Virus record (IMG/VR): IMGVR_UViG_3300008262_000047
Source of the DNA: a virus
DNA: 64,000 bases
Strand: one strand, 5' to 3'
A model generated the notes under the pieces. That model searched no databases. It saw only the letters and a program-made list of their open reading frames with translations, and was not told the DNA's origin. Shown here piece after piece: positions 59,887-64,000 of the stretch. Every line of letters starts with the position of its first letter. The stretch's first letter is position 1. A program made the translations under genes and the position numbers.

Positions 59887-60668
59887 AAAAAGTTAGTTTT
59901 GTCTGTACATCATTTAGAAGATATACATGTGTCAATAGAATCATTGCGCAGTTTAATGCACAAACATACCCAAACAAAGAACTGATTATCCTAAATACAG
60001 ATATGGAATATCCTATGTCATTGGGATTTTCTGATGACCGTATTGTATTAATAAACAATAACACTGATATGCAAACAGGTCTTCCGTATACTAATCGAGG
60101 ACAAATTTGTCGTGATGCAGTAATCTACGCCACAGGTGATTATTTCATGTTGGCTGATGATGACGACATTTACCTACCTTGGCATATTCAACAAGCTGTA
60201 GATAAAATAGAAGAAGTGGGTACAGATGCATGGAAACCTCAAAAAAGTTTCTTTGCCACTCAACATAAATTAGAACTTACACAAAATACATTGGAAGCAA
60301 GTGTTATTGTGAAAATGCCTCGGATTCGACAAATTGGATTTCGCTCAGACATCACAGGATATGAGGGATTGAGTTGGTATACTAAATTACGCGATGAAAA
60401 ACAATTAGATGAACATTACACACACTACGTTCCCTCATATTGTTTCAATTGGTCAGACCCACATGAAATAGCAGGACATAAACAAAGTGGAAATATTAAT
60501 GACCCCAATAATTTTGAACAACATAAAGCAGCATCACAAGATTATGCAAAAGAACCTTTACGTAATGACATGAACCTCACCGACGTATATGAAAAATATT
60601 ACGTCTTTTTACGAAATAATAGTGAACTATTTCCTAGTGATTTAATCCTTAAATATGTGAAAGAATAA
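59883..60668 (+). CDS. GT-A fold glycosyltransferase (GT2-like)
   Basis: AQTYPNKELIIL, RG...RD, ATGDYFMLADDDDIYLPWHI. Confidence 0.85.
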   Translation: MKKVSFVCTSFRRYTCVNRIIAQFNAQTYPNKELIILNTDMEYPMSLGFSDDRIVLINNNTDMQTGLPYTNRGQICRDAVIYATGDYFMLADDDDIYLPWHIQQAVDKIEEVGTDAWKPQKSFFATQHKLELTQNTLEASVIVKMPRIRQIGFRSDITGYEGLSWYTKLRDEKQLDEHYTHYVPSYCFNWSDPHEIAGHKQSGNINDPNNFEQHKAASQDYAKEPLRNDMNLTDVYEKYYVFLRNNSELFPSDLILKYVKE

Positions 60669-61336
60669 TGCAACCAAACACATTTCCTGATGTAGCCAAC
60701 ATCATTGATACATCGTCTGTGCCCATTTTAATACTTGTGATATCTGAAGGGTGTGAAAATGGATTAAAACCAGAACAGCAGCAGTTAGAACAAAAGCTAC
60801 AAGAACATCCTACACCTGTGGTATATTACACCATGTGTATCCCAGAACATCTCATGGGATTTCCTCGTGCCCAAACTCCCACATTATACTATTTTCTTCC
60901 GAAAAATCAAACTCCTGTGTTCTGGCGATTTGCCATATTCAATAACACATTGAATGATGATTTAAACATCATCACAAAAATGATGACAGGATTGACATAT
61001 GAACAAGCTCGTTTCACACCTGAAGAACAAGAAACCATTTTAAAGGTTGATTATTTTTTAGAACAGGAGAAGGAAACCCTTCATAAGTTTCCTTCAGTAT
61101 TTCAACAGGCACGGAATCTTGCCAAAGAAATGTGGAAAACAGGAAAAAACGCCGCAAAAGGATTGCCTGTCATTGTTCCTACTGAAGTGGGATTTGAACG
61201 TATGAATATTTGTCAGTCATGTGACAAGTTGGAAAAAGATGCATTTCGCTGTACTGAGTGTGGTTGTTTCATGAAAACCAAGACTCAACTCGCCTCAGCG
61301 TCATGTCCATTAAATAAATGGGCACCGCATGTATAA
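60668..61336 (+). CDS. Thioredoxin-like fold plus Cys-rich DUF6171-like domain
   Basis: TPTLYYF; RMNICQSC...CTECGCFM...CPLNKW. Confidence 0.6.
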   Translation: MQPNTFPDVANIIDTSSVPILILVISEGCENGLKPEQQQLEQKLQEHPTPVVYYTMCIPEHLMGFPRAQTPTLYYFLPKNQTPVFWRFAIFNNTLNDDLNIITKMMTGLTYEQARFTPEEQETILKVDYFLEQEKETLHKFPSVFQQARNLAKEMWKTGKNAAKGLPVIVPTEVGFERMNICQSCDKLEKDAFRCTECGCFMKTKTQLASASCPLNKWAPHV

Positions 61337-61339
61337 ATA
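61332..61339 (+). promoter_or_regulatory. T4-type late promoter
   Basis: TATAAATA. Confidence 0.7.
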
Positions 61340-61367
61340 CTATAGAACGATTAATTAGGATTTCTCA

Positions 61368-61781
61368 ATGGCAACGTTAACATTACGAACAGTTAAAGGA
61401 TCAACATTAACACATCAAGAACTTGATGACAATCTCTCAAACTTGAATAGTTTCAAGGTTGAAGGTCGTGCAGGAACGTTAACAACAACAAGTACGTCAT
61501 TAAATCAACTATTGGATTCTGTTGCAGCATCTTCTGTTAGAACATTGCGATACATTGTTCAAGTTGCCAACACAACTACGAGTGAGTTTCATGCCACATC
61601 TCTCATGATTATTCATGATGGAACCACTGTGTATTTAACTGAATATGGCACTGTATTGACAGGAAACTCTTTGGCAACATTTGATGCTGATATTAATAGT
61701 GGAAATCTTCGTATTTTAGTTACGCCTACAAATGCATCATCAACGGTGTTTCGTTTTTCTGCTATGACAATTCAGGCATAA
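61368..61781 (+). CDS. Virion structural protein
   Basis: MATLTLRTVKGSTLTHQELDDN shares its N-terminus with the 55413 fibre; IHDGTTVYLTEYG. Confidence 0.7.
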   Translation: MATLTLRTVKGSTLTHQELDDNLSNLNSFKVEGRAGTLTTTSTSLNQLLDSVAASSVRTLRYIVQVANTTTSEFHATSLMIIHDGTTVYLTEYGTVLTGNSLATFDADINSGNLRILVTPTNASSTVFRFSAMTIQA

Positions 61782-61791
61782 TTTCAAAAAC

Positions 61792-61799
61792 TATAAATA
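61792..61799 (+). promoter_or_regulatory. T4-type late promoter
   Basis: TATAAATA. Confidence 0.7.
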
Positions 61800-61807
61800 T
61801 TCAACAT

Positions 61808-62140
61808 ATGGCAACTGCTCGTAATTTAGTTATTGACCAAGGTAGTACATATTCAATTTCCATTGAACTGTCTGACGCCTTGGGCAATCCTTTAGATTTA
61901 ACTGATTATACCATTCGTGCTCAAATGCGTAAAAGTTATGGGTCGAATACGTATACTCAATTCACAACTTCTGCAGGTGATGAACCTGAGAATGGGGTGA
62001 TTACATTATCATTAACATCAACTCAAACAGGAGCATTACGTTTTGGTCGATATGTCTATGATATTGAAATTGAAAATGATGATGTAATTACCAGAGTTCT
62101 TGAAGGGATAGTAACCGTAACACCCGAGGTCACACGATAA
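61808..62140 (+). CDS. Conserved virion adaptor-like protein
   Basis: NLVIDQG, AQMRKSY, GRYVYDIE, RVLEGIVTVTPEVT. Confidence 0.7.
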   Translation: MATARNLVIDQGSTYSISIELSDALGNPLDLTDYTIRAQMRKSYGSNTYTQFTTSAGDEPENGVITLSLTSTQTGALRFGRYVYDIEIENDDVITRVLEGIVTVTPEVTR

Positions 62141-62352
62141 TGGCACTCAAAGTACAAGTATCAACACCTCAAAGAATTAATACAAATGTAAAAAAGGTTT
62201 CGTTACCTCTAGTTAATTTAGAAGAATTGAAGAACGTGAATAAAGATAATTTAGAAGATGGCGCCACTTTGATATGGAATGAAACGGAACAACGTTGGGA
62301 TGCACAGCAAATTCAAGCATCAGCAACGAATATAGATGGCGGAACATATTAA
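62140..62352 (+). CDS. Small structural hypothetical protein
   Basis: DGATLIWN...IDGGTY. Confidence 0.6.
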   Translation: MALKVQVSTPQRINTNVKKVSLPLVNLEELKNVNKDNLEDGATLIWNETEQRWDAQQIQASATNIDGGTY

Positions 62353-62373
62353 AAAACCCACAGGAGATTTTCC

Positions 62374-64000
62374 ATGTCAACAGTAATTCAAATTAAGCGT
62401 TCTTCAGGATCAACAGCACCAGCAACATCTGCCTTAGCAGAAGGCGAATTAGCGTATAGTCAAGACCGCTCCAACAGCGGCGCCGGCGCTATTCTCTACA
62501 TCGAATCTGTAGGTTCAGACGGTACTACCCAAGTTATTGATAAAGTAGGTGGTAAATACTACACCAACACAGTTGATGCCTTCTTAGTTCCTGCCACAGG
62601 AACAGTGGGCGCAAAGGTGGAATTAAAGGATGCCGATGCTACACATTCTGTCACATTAAAGGCACCTAACACAGTTGCAGCCAACGTTACATACACATTA
62701 CCTTCAACATTCAGTGCAGACCAATATTTAAAGACTGACGGTTCAGGTAATCTTTCATTTGCTGCCGTTCCATCAGGATCCTTCACAATTGCAGGTGACA
62801 CAGGTACTGACAATTTCACAACAGGTGAAACATTAACATTCACCGGTGGCGAAGGTATTGATACATCAATTACCGATAACGTAGTAACAATTTCAGCAGA
62901 AGATGCATCTGATACCAACAAGGGTATTGCATCATTCAACAGTACCAACTTCACAGTATCATCAGGTAACGTTGTTATCAACTCAGTACAAGCCACAAAG
63001 GTTGATATTGCAGGCGGCACATCATTAACATCATTGGCTGATTCAGATGAATTCTTGGTCTATGATGCCTCAGCAGAAGCAAATCGTCGCATCACAGCAG
63101 AAAACGTTGCAGATTACATCTATGCCGGATTGTCAGGTGATATCAGTGTAACTGAAGCAGGTGTAGTTTCTATTGCCGCTAACTCAGTAGCACTAGGTAC
63201 AGACACAACAGGTAACTATGTTGCTACTGTTGCGGGTACAGCAAATCAAATTTCCATCACTGGCTCAGGCTCAGAAACGGCTGCTGTTACAGTTGCATTA
63301 ACTGAAGATGTGGCATTGGTAGGTGATTTGACAGTTGGTGGTAACGACATCAAGATGAGTGGTGGCACAACAGCCATTACATTCTCAGGCTCAGGTGACG
63401 TTGCAGTAGCAGGTGATTTAACTGTTACAGGTAATGACATCAAGTCCTCATCAGCCACAGCACTTACTCTTTCAGGTGCTGATGTCGCAGTTGCAGGTGA
63501 TTTGACAGTTACAGGTAACGATATCAAATCCTCATCAGCAACAGCACTCACATTGTCAGGCGCCAATGTTGAAGTTAAGGGTGATTTACAAGTTACAGGT
63601 AACGATATCAAGTCATCAACAGGCGCAACTGCCTTGACACTTGATGGCGCCAACGTAACTGTGGCAGGTAACTTAACAGTTAACGGTTCATCAACAATTG
63701 TAAACTCAACAACTGTAACAATTGATGACGTACTCTTGAAGTTGGCTGATAACAACACAGGTAACTCAGTTGACTCAGGTGTCTATGCTGAATATGTTGA
63801 ATCATCAACAACGAAGTATGCTGGTTTCTTCCGCGATGCGTCTGATAACAACATCTTCAAGTTCTTCAAAGGATTAGAATCAGAACCATCAACAACTGTT
63901 AACGTAAGTGGTACAGGTTACTCAGTTGGTACAATCTTAGCCAACTTGACAGGCGGTACTGTTTCAAGTCTAGCTTCAGCAATCGGTGTTGCAGATGGTG
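62374..64000 (+). CDS. Long tail fibre-like protein, truncated at window end
   Basis: MSTVIQIKRSSGSTAP...LAEGELAY; AGGAG RBS; frame open to window end; absent from ORF track because no stop. Confidence 0.8.
   Translation, partial: MSTVIQIKRSSGSTAPATSALAEGELAYSQDRSNSGAGAILYIESVGSDGTTQVIDKVGGKYYTNTVDAFLVPATGTVGAKVELKDADATHSVTLKAPNTVAANVTYTLPSTFSADQYLKTDGSGNLSFAAVPSGSFTIAGDTGTDNFTTGETLTFTGGEGIDTSITDNVVTISAEDASDTNKGIASFNSTNFTVSSGNVVINSVQATKVDIAGGTSLTSLADSDEFLVYDASAEANRRITAENVADYIYAGLSGDISVTEAGVVSIAANSVALGTDTTGNYVATVAGTANQISITGSGSETAAVTVALTEDVALVGDLTVGGNDIKMSGGTTAITFSGSGDVAVAGDLTVTGNDIKSSSATALTLSGADVAVAGDLTVTGNDIKSSSATALTLSGANVEVKGDLQVTGNDIKSSTGATALTLDGANVTVAGNLTVNGSSTIVNSTTVTIDDVLLKLADNNTGNSVDSGVYAEYVESSTTKYAGFFRDASDNNIFKFFKGLESEPSTTVNVSGTGYSVGTILANLTGGTVSSLASAIGVADG
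63310..63690 (+). repeat. About 28-aa coding repeats VAVAGDLTVTGNDIKSSSATALTLSGA
   Basis: Four full copies plus a partial one. Confidence 0.85.

Noticed and set aside
62559-63758. Minus-strand ORFs listed in the track
   Set aside because: Antisense to the real + strand fibre gene starting at 62374
1-64000. Stop-codon reassignment, introns or inteins
   Set aside because: Core genes are intact in the standard code, all three stops end real genes, and no intein or intron signatures were noticed

Overview
This window is a 64 kb piece of a large AT-rich T4-like myovirus genome. Evidence: gp30 ligase, gp33/gp59/gp32, the gp29-51-26-54-2-4 / 48-53-27-5-25-6-7-8 baseplate block, TATAAATA late promoters and CTTGACA-N17 early promoters. 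The left third is an accessory metabolic region: iscA, purA, guaC, an APS kinase-nucleotidyltransferase fusion, QueC-like proteins, sulfotransferases, uvsE, and a coupled array of seven N-terminal-twitch radical SAM genes with a methyltransferase, an SGNH-like protein and a carbamoyltransferase. Main non-obvious signals: (1) a mucin-like Thr/Ser/Pro-repeat, Cys-rich candidate tail-tip adhesin followed directly by a glycosylation cassette whose first gene resembles plant peptidyl-Ser/Hyp O-glycosyltransferases; (2) a circularly permuted (two-piece) tmRNA under a late promoter; (3) a T-TTT-TTC -1 frameshift joining gp26 and gp51 just upstream of the tape measure gene; (4) the radical SAM array, with Cys-rich tails of late proteins as possible substrates. 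All calls come from reading motifs by eye; no searches were run.
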